Notes under the pieces: generated by a model
What the model saw: only the letters and a program-made list of their open reading frames with translations
Told to the model about the DNA's origin: nothing
Database searches by the model: none
Part shown: piece after piece, positions 1 to 12,821 of the stretch
How positions within the stretch are numbered: the stretch's first letter is position 1
Layout: each line of letters starts with the position of its first letter
DNA from: Octopus bimaculoides
Lineage: Eukaryota
Assembly (NCBI RefSeq): GCF_001194135.2
Contig: NC_068987.1
Location: 50,270,102 to 50,334,101 of the forward strand
Reading direction: 5' to 3'
Length of the DNA: 64,000 nucleotides
Program-made: the position numbers and the translations under genes

Positions 1-508
1 ACTAGTGAGGATGTCATTCTACTTGCAAGACTAAGATTCCCCTTCACTGGGTGAAGCTACAATAGAGAGAGAGAGGTAACTTTATGCTTTGGGATGAGGG
101 GTTAACATGAGAGAGGACCCAAAAACAGAACAGGTATCTTGCTGTGGAGGAGCTACTCACAGAAGTAACTACTTCCAAAAGACAGGGTGGGAGTGGCTAT
201 GGCGGAGGGGAAAGAGATAATGTATACTATTTCTATATTTAATCTGTCCTATTACACTATGAAGCTGATAAGATTAGCACAGTTAAGAACAAAAAACAAC
301 AATAAAAAGAATTAAACTCCCAAATTGACGGAGCTGTTGTACCAGATTCTCTGTGATTAATTAGCAAACAATAGATACATGATTTAAGTTGTATTGTAAG
401 GTTTGTCTCTTGTTTTCTGTCTCATTTTCTTACTTGTAGTTGTTTGCTAGTACTTTATACTGAAAACCTTAGAGTTGATTGAACCAGCATTATAACGTTT
501 ATTTTCAG

Positions 509-677
509 AATCTCAGTCCTGTGCTTACGAAAATCATCAAAGAAGTGGATGCCCGTGAGAAGGAACTGACACACCAAGTTCATCGTGATATGTTAATCCG
601 TTCATTGGATCAGGTGAAGAATCTCACTCCTGTTCTCATCAGTGGAGTGAAGATATTCATTACTGCCAAAGAGACAG
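509..677 (+). CDS. VCL: Vinculin exon, head D1 (NLSPVLTKIIKEVDAREKELTHQVHRDMLIRSLDQVKNLTPVLISGVKIFITAKET)
   Basis: attttcag|AAT acceptor, ACAG|gtatgt donor; 169 nt, phase 0 to 1; resembles vinculin D1 ELTHQ..R.ML..S...VK.L.PVLIS. Confidence 0.95.
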
Positions 678-1399
678 GTATGTTTTTAATAATTATCTAG
701 GATTATTTTTGTTTTAGTTGTTAATTTCAGGAATAGCATCTTTTATTATGAAAAGTAAGATAATCTAGATGGAACAGCTTTGATCTTAAAATCTCTGTAA
801 TCTGAGCTGGTGAGTGTCTAAACAACATCAGCTGACTATATGCTTTTGAAAAGACTATTTATAATGCAACATGTATGAGAATTAATTAGTTATAAGGCAT
901 CTCATCTCCACTATTTTTATCTCTTCTCAGCTCCACCCTGATTACTTCCATTCATTCTAAAATGTGAGTAGCCATGTAACCCCTCTGACCCATTCCCTCC
1001 TACTTTAATCACTCATCTCCTAGCATAAAGCCCCTTCTCACTGGATTTGTAGTCTTGCAAACTGCATGGCAATTTCAACAAGTACTGGTGGTGTGAAAAA
1101 AGCACTCAGCACATGCAGTAAAGAGGTTAGTGTTAGGAAGAACATCCAACCATAGAAACCACATCAAAGTGGATATTGGAGTAAAATATAGTCCTTGGAC
1201 TTATCAGATCTTGTCAAACCATCCAATCCATGCCAGTATGGAACATGGATATTAAATGATGATGATACTGGTGATGATGAATGCAACATGTATGACAATT
1301 ATTTAATTATAATCTAACACATAATAGTCTCCAGAAAGGGAACCTCTATCTACCTGTTCAATGTCATAAAAAAAACAAACAAAAAAAAAACATTATTTA

Positions 1400-2214
1400 C
1401 ATTTGACAGATATTTGTCCTCATCTTGTTTGCTGTTAACACAACGTTTCGGCTGATATACCATCCAGCCTTCATCAGGTGTCTTGTGGAAATTTCGAACC
1501 TGGGTTCTCATTCCTAAGGTATTTTTTGATGTTGTTGTTGTTCAGGACACTGTCTGGAATCAGACGGAATCTTGGGGTTAGTAGCCTACGCTCTTGACCA
1601 CTATGCCATATGCCCATGGGCAATCATGGAATGAATTTTAGGGCTTATAAATCTAATATTTTCCTATCCTTCTTTAATACCACTTCCCATATGCTATTCA
1701 TATCTGCACTCAGTCTGCATAGGAGGTTGTTGTGTCCTAGCATATGTGCTGCTTCTTTTAGTTTTCATATTTTCCAGTGGTGTTCTCATTCTATTATTTT
1801 AACTTCATCCCACTGGAGGAGGTGGTCTCCATTTTTCCATACTTGATCAGCTATACCCGATTTATCAACATCTCCTCGTGTCACAGCTTTGCGATGTTCC
1901 TCTACCCTTATTTTGAGGGGGCGACATGTTTCACCTTTATATAACCTACCACAGCTGCATGGGATGGAGTACATGCAGTTTTTGGTCATATTCTCTTCTA
2001 TTGGTTGTTTTATCTGAAAGAGATATTTGCGAAGTGTTGTATTACTCTTGAATACTGTCCTGATGTCATATGGGCCGCATATCTTTTGTATCTTTTCGGA
2101 GAGGCCTTTCACATAGGGTAGACAAACTGTAGACAGTTTATTGGTTTCATCCTCTCTTTTCTTCTTTATATAGAACTGTATCAAAAATAAAATATTTCGG
2201 AGCAAATTATATCA
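1400..2214 (-). mobile_element. Decayed Penelope-like retroelement 3' part (GIY-YIG endonuclease domain plus terminal region)
   Basis: Minus ORF 1786-2205 reads LPYVKGLSEKI...CMYSIPCSCGRLYKGETCRPLKIRVEEH, the PLE linker and GIY-YIG signature. The same frame continues past in-frame TGA stops (EHHWKI*KLKEAAHM). Cut by the N-gap at 2215. Confidence 0.85.
1437..1482 (-). ncRNA. Minimal type I hammerhead ribozyme motif associated with the Penelope-like element
   Basis: Minus strand reads GACAC-CTGATGA-AGGCTG..CAGCC-GAAA-CGTT-GTGTT: core CUGAUGA/GAAA, stem I GACAC/GTGTT, stem II GGCTG/CAGCC, palindromic minimal stem III AACGTT. Confidence 0.65.
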
Positions 2215-2776
2215 NNNNNNNNNNNNNNNNNNNNNNNNNNNNNNNNNNNNNNNNNNNNNNNNNNNNNNNNNNNNNNNNNNNNNNNNNNNNNNNNNNNNNN
2301 NNNNNNNNNNNNNNNNNNNNNNNNNNNNNNNNNNNNNNNNNNNNNNNNNNNNNNNNNNNNNNNNNNNNNNNNNNNNNNNNNNNNNNNNNNNNNNNNNNNN
2401 NNNNNNNNNNNNNNNNNNNNNNNNNNNNNNNNNNNNNNNNNNNNNNNNNNNNNNNNNNNNNNNNNNNNNNNNNNNNNNNNNNNNNNNNNNNNNNNNNNNN
2501 NNNNNNNNNNNNNNNNNNNNNNNNNNNNNNNNNNNNNNNNNNNNNNNNNNNNNNNNNNNNNNNNNNNNNNNNNNNNNNNNNNNNNNNNNNNNNNNNNNNN
2601 NNNNNNNNNNNNNNNNNNNNNNNNNNNNNNNNNNNNNNNNNNNNNNNNNNNNNNNNNNNNNNNNNNNNNNNNNNNNNNNNNNNNNNNNNNNNNNNNNNNN
2701 NNNNNNNNNNNNNNNNNNNNNNNNNNNNNNNNNNNNNNNNNNNNNNNNNNNNNNNNNNNNAGACACACAAATATAT

Positions 2777-2829
<53 letters not shown>

Positions 2830-2831
2830 TA

Positions 2832-2994
2832 CGACAGGCTTCTTTCGGTTTCCGTCTACCAAATCCACTCACAAGGCTTTGGTCGGCCCGAGGCTATAGT
2901 AGAAGACACTTGCCCAAGATGTCACGCAGTGGGACTGAACCCAGAACCATGTGGTTGGTAAGCAAGCTACTTACCACACAGCCACTCCTGTGCC
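2832..2994 (-). mobile_element. Same SINE family as 58098-58260, minus strand
   Basis: Reverse complement aligns almost base for base with 58098-58260. Confidence 0.82.
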
Positions 2995-4295
2995 TATGAT
3001 TGATTAAAAGCTAATTGATTAAAAGCTAATTTCTCTAACATAGAGAAGTTGTACTTCTCTTGAGTTACTAAGTTTTGATTTTGACTTGAAATTTAAAGTC
3101 ATTTAGATAAACTCATCTGTCTCTGGTTCTTTGACAGAATTCCACTTGTTTTAAAGCATTTATGTTTAAATGACAATCATATTTAAATTTGTTAAATCGT
3201 AATTTTATGTAAAGTCTTGTTAACTTTTTTGATACCAACATACCTAAGGCCCCAGTTCTAGGATATAAACTGTTTTAAATTATCTAAATTAAGACCTTTC
3301 CTCAAAATTTCATATTTTGTTCCAAACAACAGTTTAATGAGTTATTTGACTAAATTCATCATTATTTTCAATTTTAATTGAAATAAGGGCAGTGTATTTC
3401 AACAGAAATCGATTAACAAACGGGTTAGTCTTCAACTAGTTTTCATTGGTCCACCAGCCAGATGTTGATTGTAATGTAAATAGCTTGGAAAGATTCTATG
3501 TAGGAAATGTGAATCAGACTTGTACAATACATATTTAGGCTATTCTAATGGAAGCTACTATGGTGTGGGTATAATGCCACTAGATTATCACAATGCAAAC
3601 ACTCATTCATCTGTGGCATTAGGAATATAGATCAAATTTAGTACAATAGTTTTATGCTGTTATGCTGTCAGCTACCTTTATGTAATGGCTGTGACCACAT
3701 GATACTTTTAGTCACATGGCAAGTATTGATAAAAGATACTGCATTTTGTGTACAGAAATACATTTTGGAGTCAGGTGATTCTTTACCTGATTACCAGATT
3801 TTAATAAAATATCATTAAATCAAGATAATAGGAAACTGACAAATGATTTTAAAAAAATTGTATTTGTATATTTTCTTTTATATCTTTCCTATTCATCAAA
3901 TATAGTTTTGTTTACTTTTTATGATGGGCCTTGATCAGCTATAAACAACAATCGAGTCCCTCTTAAATAATACTCTATTGTTTTAATAAATAAAAACTAT
4001 ATTTGATAATGTAGTTCTGAATATGGTGCGTTAGGGTGGAAGAGGAATGGAAACGAATAGAATATGGTTGGAATGCTTATGTTCATAGGTCCTTTAGATC
4101 AAGAATAACATGGATGTAAACAATAACAGCAATTTTTATTTGATTATTATGTTTGAAACTCCACCTGAATTGCTCCAATAGACCAGCACTCTAGTAAATC
4201 ACTCAGCTGTAAACTTTTTTGCACAAAGGTGTATATTGTGCAGTTGTTTTTGCATCTATATATTGTATGTGATGATGTGCATAATATATACACTA

Positions 4296-4345
<50 letters not shown>

Positions 4346-4931
4346 GGTGTACCTGTGTGGTAAAAAGCTTGCATCCCAACTACATGGTTCCAGGTTCAGT
4401 CCTTGGGCAAGTATTTTCTGCTATAGCCTCAGGTCAACCAAAGCCTTGTGAGTACATTTGATAGACAAAAACTGAAAGAAACCTGTTGTGTATATACATA
4501 TGTGTGTGTGTGTCTGTCTTTGTCTCCCACCACCACTTGACAACCACTATTGGTGTGTTTATGTCCCCATAACTTAGTGGTTTGGCAAAAGAGGCTGACA
4601 GAATAAGTACTAGGCTTAAAAAAAGGCCTGGGGGTTGATTTTTTATTAAAACCCTTCAAGGTGGTGCCCCAGCATAGCTGCAGTCATATGACTGAAATAA
4701 GTAAGAGTATATATATATATATATATCTGATTTTGCATTTAGCATAACAAAAATGGCCGATCTGCCATTTATTCAATTATTTAAACCGTGCTTGAATAAT
4801 TGTGAATTGTTACCCATGAAACCATTGGTATGGTATTAACAAAACTCAACAATTAAAAGAATATGTGTATAATATTATATACTATTTATATATATATATA
4901 TATGTATATGTATATACACACTATTTATGTG

Positions 4932-4972
<41 letters not shown>

Positions 4973-6589
4973 AATGTAAGACTACACATCCTTGGAGACA
5001 AAACAAAAATATTTATGAAACAAATATTTCCACACATTCAAGACTCCTCGCAAATGCCATCACCAAAACATACAAAAAAAAAACCCCCCTTAATTCCAGC
5101 ATGTTGTTGTGTATTGAACTTCTAAATCAATATATAACAAATACTGTAAATTTGTTTAAATAATTGAAAACTGCCAATCACAGGGCATGCATGAGTTTTT
5201 ATGTGAACTTGTCGTTTTTTTAACTATATATTGCAATCAAAATAAACGGGAACACACAATTGATTCCATCACTACAGGATCACGGTTGATGTTGTTACTC
5301 CTTCTCATGTTCTGCTGTTGGTTGTGCTTCTACTACAGCGAGATAGAAATTCACAGTTTACAGCTATTTGATCTTTGTTCCTATACCTGTGCTTACAAAA
5401 TAAGCAAATTACAAAACTTGACACATAATTTAGAAACCGACTGAAAAAAATTACTCTGCGAGGCCATCCGCATGGAAAACAATAGTCTAGTTGGTGCTTT
5501 CATAGTTTATCCAGTGATTTGTTATAGATTTTGTGAAAGTTTTCTCTCACACAGTCGGATTCCATTTTTCTTATAAAAGTTCAGTATTGCTTGATTTTTC
5601 TGCTTTTTTTTCTCAACTTCTCTTAGATTAACATTTGAAATCAGAGGAAACTAGTTACAGTCTGCATTGGCAACAACTATTTCATAGAATCCATAGAAGA
5701 GTTTACTCTTCGTTGAGACGAGGAATAACAGTTTTAATATTTCAGCCCAAAATATCGGATTCAATTTTCATAATTTCACTCATCACAGCAAACAAACTTT
5801 ATATAATGCTCACATGAATTCTCCTGTAAGATTCCCTCGTCCTTTCTTGGTATAATTTTTGTTTAGTCTAGATTGTGGATTAAAACATTGATTGTTCAAT
5901 CCAATACTTATAATCTTTTTTTCTTTTCCCACCTTCTTCTTTTATCTCTTTTCTGAAGATATAGAAGGTAGTATTAGATCAAATTTTGGGTGTTTTCCTT
6001 TTAAAACATCCTAAGGTTATTTCTCTTTCTTTCTATTCTTCTTTTTAAATATATGATTTGCTTTCATATTTATGTTATCAGCTCTTCACTGAAGTTTTTA
6101 AAATTCTTTCAATCTTTTTTTCTATGTTTATTCCTTTTGAAAGAAATTTTTTTTTATTCTTTTTTAAAGAAAAAAAATTCCTCTTAGGTGAGTTTGTGTG
6201 TGTGTGTTAATTTGAATAAGATCTCATATAGATTATTTCAGTCTGGAAGGGTGTTGTCTGATCTTTCAGTTTGNNNNNNNNNNNNNNNNNNNNNNNNNNN
6301 NNNNNNNNNNNNNNNNNNNNNNNNNNNNNNNNNNNNNNNNNNNNNNNNNNNNNNNNNNNNNNNNNNNNNNNNNNNNNNNNNNNNNNNNNNNNNNNNNNNN
6401 NNNNNNNNNNNNNNNNNNNNNNNNNNNNNNNNNNNNNNNNNNNNNNNNNNNNNNNNNNNNNNNNNNNNNNNNNNNNNNNNNNNNNNNNNNNNNNNNNNNN
6501 NNNNNNNNNNNNNNNNNNNNNNNNNNNNNNNNNNNNNNNNNNNNNNNNNNNNNNNNNNNNNNNNNNNNNNNNNNNNNNNNNNNNNNNNN

Positions 6590-6637
<48 letters not shown>

Positions 6638-7116
6638 GTCTCATAAATGATAGGACACATTTTACTTATTATATATTATACACTTTTATCATCATTATTG
6701 GACACCGTGTGTGTACCCTTGTCAAGACATCACTTGGTGTTTGTAAATGTGCATCATCATCATACAAACAAAGTTGCTTGTTTCCAGTCTTTCATGAAAA
6801 ATATGTCTAGCTATGAGAAAATATTACCTTGCTTCAAATCAGGTGAAAGTTGGTGACAGGAAGGGCATAGAAAATCTGCCTCAACAAATTCCATCTATGG
6901 AAAAATGAATGCTAAATGATGAGAGCGACATGTGTGTGTGTTACTCTTCCGTTATTCTCCCCTGCTTTCTTTCTTCTTTGTAAGTGTTCTGTTATATGAC
7001 CTTTTATATCCTCTCTAAAGATTAATTTGTATGTTTGTTTTTTTCTTTCACATCTGAATTGTTAATCCTTCCCATGCTCTTTTTATTCTATCGGTCAATC
7101 TTAAAATTTCATTTAA

Positions 7117-7331
7117 CCCTTTAGAATTCAAACTAACTATATCTGGCCTAAATATTCTACCAGTTTTATGTTAAAACTGGCCAGATCTGGCCTCTCAGAC
7201 CTATCCTACATTGTCATTCTAAAATTAAGCAGTCACAGCATGAAAATCTTTCGGCTATAATTCATGATTAATTCAAAATAATGTGAATAAATAAGCATTA
7301 CATTTGAGAGAGTAATCTGAATGCTAAAGGG
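7117..7331. mobile_element. piggyBac-type MITE, 215 bp
   Basis: TTAA on both sides (7113-7116, 7332-7335), terminal CCCTTTAG(C/A)ATTC...GAATGCTAAAGGG inverted repeats. Related copies at about 20508-20718 and 28255-28404. Confidence 0.75.
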
Positions 7332-7519
7332 TTAAACTTGAAGTAAATATCACCCCTACCACAACAGAAAACCCCATATCCTCCCAGAACAAAAAAGATG
7401 AAAAAATATCTTCCACTAAACAATATTTGTGTCTTATTCAATAGAAGCTATTTTCAAGGTCCAATACACTCTCAATCAAATAATTACATTTTCTCATTTC
7501 TTTCATATCTGTTTTTCAG

Positions 7520-7592
7520 TCAGCAATTGAAGGAAAACTGAAGCAAGCTAGTGATTGGCTACAAGATCCAGCAGCTTTGGTTGGCAGTGCAG
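7520..7592 (+). CDS. VCL: Vinculin exon, start of first head repeat (SAIEGKLKQASDWLQDPAALVGSA)
   Basis: gtttttcag|TCA acceptor (second AG at 7522-7523), GCAG|gtaaaa donor; 73 nt. Not in the ORF track; found by eye. Confidence 0.88.
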
Positions 7593-8245
7593 GTAAAATT
7601 CTTTAAAATTACTATTGTTGTTGATTCATTTCTTTCTACTACTGTTGTTGTTATTTGGGATCTTTTTCCAGCATGTGTTTTTCAAGGGAGCTGCTGGCTA
7701 CATGTTTACTCAGCCTGCCTGAAATCGAAAGTATAACTCCCTCAAATCATACAATACTATCTTAAGTAAAGGAAGGAAGGGATATATTGAGTAATGTTGT
7801 TTACTGCCTGCAAAAAAAAAAAAAAAAAAAAAAATTGTGGGGTGGTTTATGGTTGGATTGCTTTTGACCATATTCTTGCTTGATAAAGGCTGACTTAGTG
7901 CCAAATAATAGCAGCAACTTGTATCAGGTTTTAAGCCTCTTACTGCAAATCAGTGAAACACTTGTGTATTAAACAGTGTTCCTACTGATTATTTTATGCT
8001 ATATGTCAATTTGGGAACTATAGTATCATTAGTTACTGATTCACTGTGTTTCTGACTGCAAGAGTGACAAGGAAGCATTTATAGTTCTGTACGTCAGTGA
8101 ATTTAAACTGAAGAGCATTTTTCATCTGCTTTTTCTATGCTGACATGGGTTGGAAAAGACTTTTTTAGGCAATATTATATGGTTGAATACCCCAGATCCT
8201 GACACCTAACATTATCTTGTTCCAAGTCAAATAAAATACTCTCTA

Positions 8246-8286
<41 letters not shown>

Positions 8287-8705
8287 CACACACATGTATA
8301 TGTACATGTACATATACATGTACATACACACACTTGTATATACAATGGGGTCCCACACAGTTTCTGGTCTTTCAAAATATTAGTGAGCTCAAGACTATGA
8401 TAGAGACACTTGCTCAAAGTGTTATACTGTTGGATCAAAGCCAAAACTACATGGTGTACAGCCATATGATTCTGGGTTTGGACTTCTTAACCATACAACC
8501 ATGCCTATGTACAGTGATAGTAATAGATGGAAGTGTTAGTATTACAAATGTTTTGAGCTTCTTTCTACCGTTGCTACTAGGAGCTGGCACTACAAGAAGG
8601 AAGAACTAAAGAGCTAAACTATCACTATTGTTGGTATTGTTTGTAATACTTTATTTTTGTTTCATATGTATTTAATTAATTTATTTCTTTTATTATTTAC
8701 TTCAG

Positions 8706-8854
8706 GTGACAAAGCCCTCCATCAAATTTTAGAAGATGCTCGGAAAATTGCTGATAGGTGTGCTAATCCTGCTGAGAGAGATGCCATCATACGTAATGTG
8801 GGAGATATTGAATCCATGGCAAATAGTTTGGCTGAACTTAGGCAGCAAGGAAAA
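8706..8854 (+). CDS. VCL: Vinculin exon (GDKALHQILEDARKIADRCANPAERDAIIRNVGDIESMANSLAELRQQGK)
   Basis: ttcag|GT acceptor, AAA|gtaagg donor; 149 nt, phase 1 to 0. Confidence 0.95.
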
Positions 8855-9560
8855 GTAAGGGAGTCAAATTTAAATTCTGAGTTTATATTTTGATTTTGTT
8901 TTTGTTGATAGTGGTGATGGATGGCTGATGTTGTAGAGTGTCAGGGAAAAGAATTTACAGTATTTTGGCATGTCCCTTTACATTCTCTGCTTAAATCTTT
9001 CTTGGATCAAATTTATCTTTCATTCTTCTCCCACCCCCAGGGTTGATAAAGCAAGTACCACTAAAATACAGGTGATGACTAAGTCAACTATATTACACAT
9101 TCAAAACATCTGGCCTCACTGCAATATAATAGTTGTATGCCAGACTGATGGTGGTCTACTAGATTGAATAGAAGTTTAATGAATTGAATGGTGGTGTGCT
9201 GCACTAAATGAATTTTACATTTTGTTTTAAGTTTTTCCTGGGATTGACTTCCTGCATCATAACTTTAGTAAATTAAGTATCATTACAATTCTATATTGCT
9301 GAGATGAGGAATTTATATTATGTATATTGTTTATATTAGTTGGACAATCAAGATGAGGTGAGCAGTCTAACTAATATAAACAGGATACATAAGTAACATT
9401 AATATGGCACTGAGTTCTGAGTTGACTCTGTTGCAAATATTCTGGCTAGGAGTAGTCTGAAGATAACTTCCTATCTTCCTTCCATCAGTCTCTGAGGTTT
9501 TGAAAAAGGGTCATGCATGCTGCCTGCCAGCATGGAAAATGGATGTTAAAGGATGATATA

Positions 9561-10580
9561 TGTATGTAGAGAATGACCATGCGAACCAAAGAAGAATGGC
9601 GACGAATGGAAACAGGCTCCTTTTAACGTGTCGCACGGTTGACACAAAACATATAATATAACATAAGAGTACTTACATGTGAGTTGCGATGAAATGCCAG
9701 CAAGGAAAGAGAGAGACATAATTGTTAAAGATATATATATATATAAAGAGTAATTTTATTAGCGTAGTAAACTGTGTGTCTGTGTGTGCATGCATGCGGC
9801 AATATAAATAACACAAAATGTATGACAGGCCGTCGTGTAAACTAGAGTAGGTATACATAAATATGAGTGTGTGAGTGAATGAGAAATACAGAGCATGGAT
9901 TAAGAGTCCGTAACATAGACGATAAGCATCCTGAACACAAAGATAGGGAAATAGCAGTTCATAGTAGAGAGAATGTCTGTACATAAGATGTTGTGGCCGA
10001 ATAGCAGAGCTGAAGTGTCACATGTCGTGAGTAAAGTTGAGCTTCGATGCTGCAACTAGTTACTTGGTACAGAAGATTCTTGCAGGTTGTTCTGGCTGTT
10101 CTTTCGTGGTGGAAACAATCCACACAAACAGTGTTGAGAAGATTCTTGCAGGTTGCTGTTGGTAGTGTGTACGCTGGTGGGGTCGTGTTGGCGCTGGCGA
10201 TGAGACTGTAGTAGACAGTAGAACGGTGGTGTTGACGTTGTAGCTGGAAACTGCCTTGAGCTGTGTTCTGTGTGATGGCCAATGACCAGACCTGTGAGCG
10301 GTCTGAAATCGAAGACAAACTGGCGTGGATAAAGCAGGGCTGTTTATGGAGAAAAATGGGCTCCAGAAACAGCAGAAAAACACTCTCTCACGTGACCTTA
10401 GCAGAAGGCCACATTTGGTCGTATGCACCCTGGCGCGAAACAGAACTGGAGACAAATGCTGTGCAAATAAGAGCCAATCAGGGTAATGGACACAGCAGGG
10501 TCCAAGGCGGGCCGAAAGCTAGATGTTACCTGCTATGTTCGCATTCGTAAATAAATACCCGAGAGAGAGGTTTCACTACA
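9561..10580. mobile_element. Probable solo LTR, about 1 kb
   Basis: TGTA...TACA termini (TGTAGAGAA at 9565 versus TTTCACTACA at the end), TATA on both flanks (possible 4-bp TSD), CpG-richer than the flanks, no coding ORF. Confidence 0.55.
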
Positions 10581-10590
10581 TATATATATT

Positions 10591-10654
<64 letters not shown>

Positions 10655-10655
<1 letters not shown>

Positions 10656-11068
10656 GTGCTGTGCGTGAGAAGACCCGGCAAGCCAAGTGAGATTGTTGCC
10701 AGTGCCCCTGGACTGGCTCTTGTGCGGGTGGCACATAAGATGCACCATTTTGAGTGTGGCCGTTGCCAGTACCGCCTGACTGGCCATCGTAGNNNNNNNN
10801 NNTGGCTCTTGTGCGGGTGGCACATAAGATGCACCATTTTGAGTGTGGCCGTTGCCAGTACCGCCTGACTGGCCTTCGTGCGGGTGACACGTAAAAGCAC
10901 CCACTACACTCTCAGAGTGGTGGGCGTTAGGAAGGGCATCCAGCTGTAGAAACTCTGCCAAATTAGATTGGAGCCTGGTGTTGCCATCCGGTTTCACCAG
11001 TCCTCAGTCAAATCGTCCAACCCATGCTAGCATGGAAAGCGGACGTTAAACGATGATGATGATGATGA
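10655..11068 (+). mobile_element. (GAT)n-tailed retroposon 3' repeat (family unassigned; possibly RTE-related)
   Basis: Motif GTTAGGAAGGGCATCCAGCTGTAGAAAC...CATGGAAAGCGGACGTTAAACGATGATGATG recurs more than 10 times in the window. Confidence 0.75.
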
Positions 11069-11590
11069 ACGATATATATATATATGTGGCTATGTGGTTG
11101 AGTAGTTTGTTTTTCAGCCATGTAGTTTTGGTTGCAGTCCCATTGTTTGACATCTTGGACAAGCATCTTCTATAGACCCAGAATGACCAAAGCCCTGTGA
11201 GTGGAATTGTTAGGTGGAAACTGAAAGAAATCCATCCTAAATATTTATATGTATTTGCGTGTGTGTGTGTTCTATCGTCCACTTTTTTAAACACCTACCA
11301 TTCAGTCTATCTATCTTTCTGTCTATATATCTCTTGCATCTTTAAATAGACTGTAGTAACTGTTGTTAGTGCAGTCACATCTGCGAATTACCTTAATGCT
11401 AAGCAGTTCTATATGCCTTTGCCAACAAATGTACCACCATATACATTTAAATAATATTAATGTGCTAATTGTATATAGTGCTCAGGTGCACTACATCTCA
11501 TTAGAAAAGGTAAGAAGATGGAGCAAAAAGCAGCCATAAGCCCAATAAAAACAGCAATGCAAGCTAGAAGTTCATGCACAGTACACAGGA

Positions 11591-11627
<37 letters not shown>

Positions 11628-12591
11628 ATTAAAAGAGCCACAAAGAAGAAAAGTTGCACAGGCATATCAAGAATTGTGTTGGCAAATTTTGGAAAGCGTG
11701 GAATTTTTGAAGGATGCAATGCCCTGACAGCTAATGACTGACAGTTTAATTCATGCTTCAAGAATTCTGAACTTGAAAAAAATGCTTCCAACAATCATGG
11801 GTGCTACACTGTTTTTTGATTCTATAAGCATGATCTATGAGTGATAAAAGTACTGAATTTTAAAAGGCTGCTGAAGTTGGGAAGATGGTGAATAATCTTG
11901 TGAGCTCCTACCAAATCAGCTACTAGATGTCAAAACTCTAGTGTGTTGATTCCTAGAGAAGCATGACTTTCAATCTTGAAAATCATGCTTCTCTAGGAGG
12001 GGAGGTATTTGTCTCGTGTGTCTCTGGACAGTTTCCAGCAGACCAATATTCTGAATAAAATGCGTTTTCCAGACTGTTTTCATCACATGTATGATGTAGG
12101 CAAAAACCACATTCAGGTCAGGTCAGAGTTGTTTCCCTTACTTACCAGTGCAAATATTATTAGTGAAAATAATATTAGTCAATAATAATAATATTTACTG
12201 TCTATTTTTCTGTATCACATTTTGCTAAAAATTTTAATGCTCCCTGTTTTGAGTATATTAATACTACCTTACCTGTTATTTTACTTATTGGTCTATCTAT
12301 TTCTCATTGCATCCATTCATTTGTCTCTTTTTCTTTTACCTTCATTCTTTCTTTTGTGTGTGTTACACACACACATACACATACATATGTGTCTGTTTAT
12401 TATCTGTGCATTTACATGTCAGTCTATTGCTCTGTGTAGCTATTGCTCTGTGTAGCTATTGCTCTGTCTGTTCACCTTTCTGTCTTGTCCCACTATCTGT
12501 TTATCTCATTGTTTCCCATTTTTTTGTCTCTCTGTCCACCTTACTGTTCCTCAGACAATCATCCTCAGTTCAAAATATCATTATTAATTAT

Positions 12592-12780
12592 TGCAAGCTG
12601 GCAGAATGTTAGCACACCGGGCAAAATGCTTAGTGGTATTTCATCTGTCCTTATGTTCTGAGTTTGAATTCTGTTGAGGTCAACTTTGCCTTTCATCCTT
12701 TCGGGGTTGATGAAATAAGTACCAGTTGAATACTGGGGTCGATGTTATTGACTTACCACCTCCCCCAAAATTCAGAAAGG

Positions 12781-12821
<41 letters not shown>

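Noticed and set aside
2181-2872. ORF-track entries rich in X, YI, CV or HT (here and at all other gaps)
   Set aside because: Translations of N-gaps and (AT)n/(AC)n microsatellites.
10700-10875. Apparent ~80-bp tandem duplication
   Set aside because: The two copies sit on either side of a 10-N gap (10793-10802), so this is most likely unresolved contig overlap.
10590-10997. Recurrent peptide LAEFLQLDALPNAHHSESVVGAF in several ORFs (also 38771, 42788)
   Set aside because: Opposite-strand reading of a dispersed repeat; frames and stops differ between copies.
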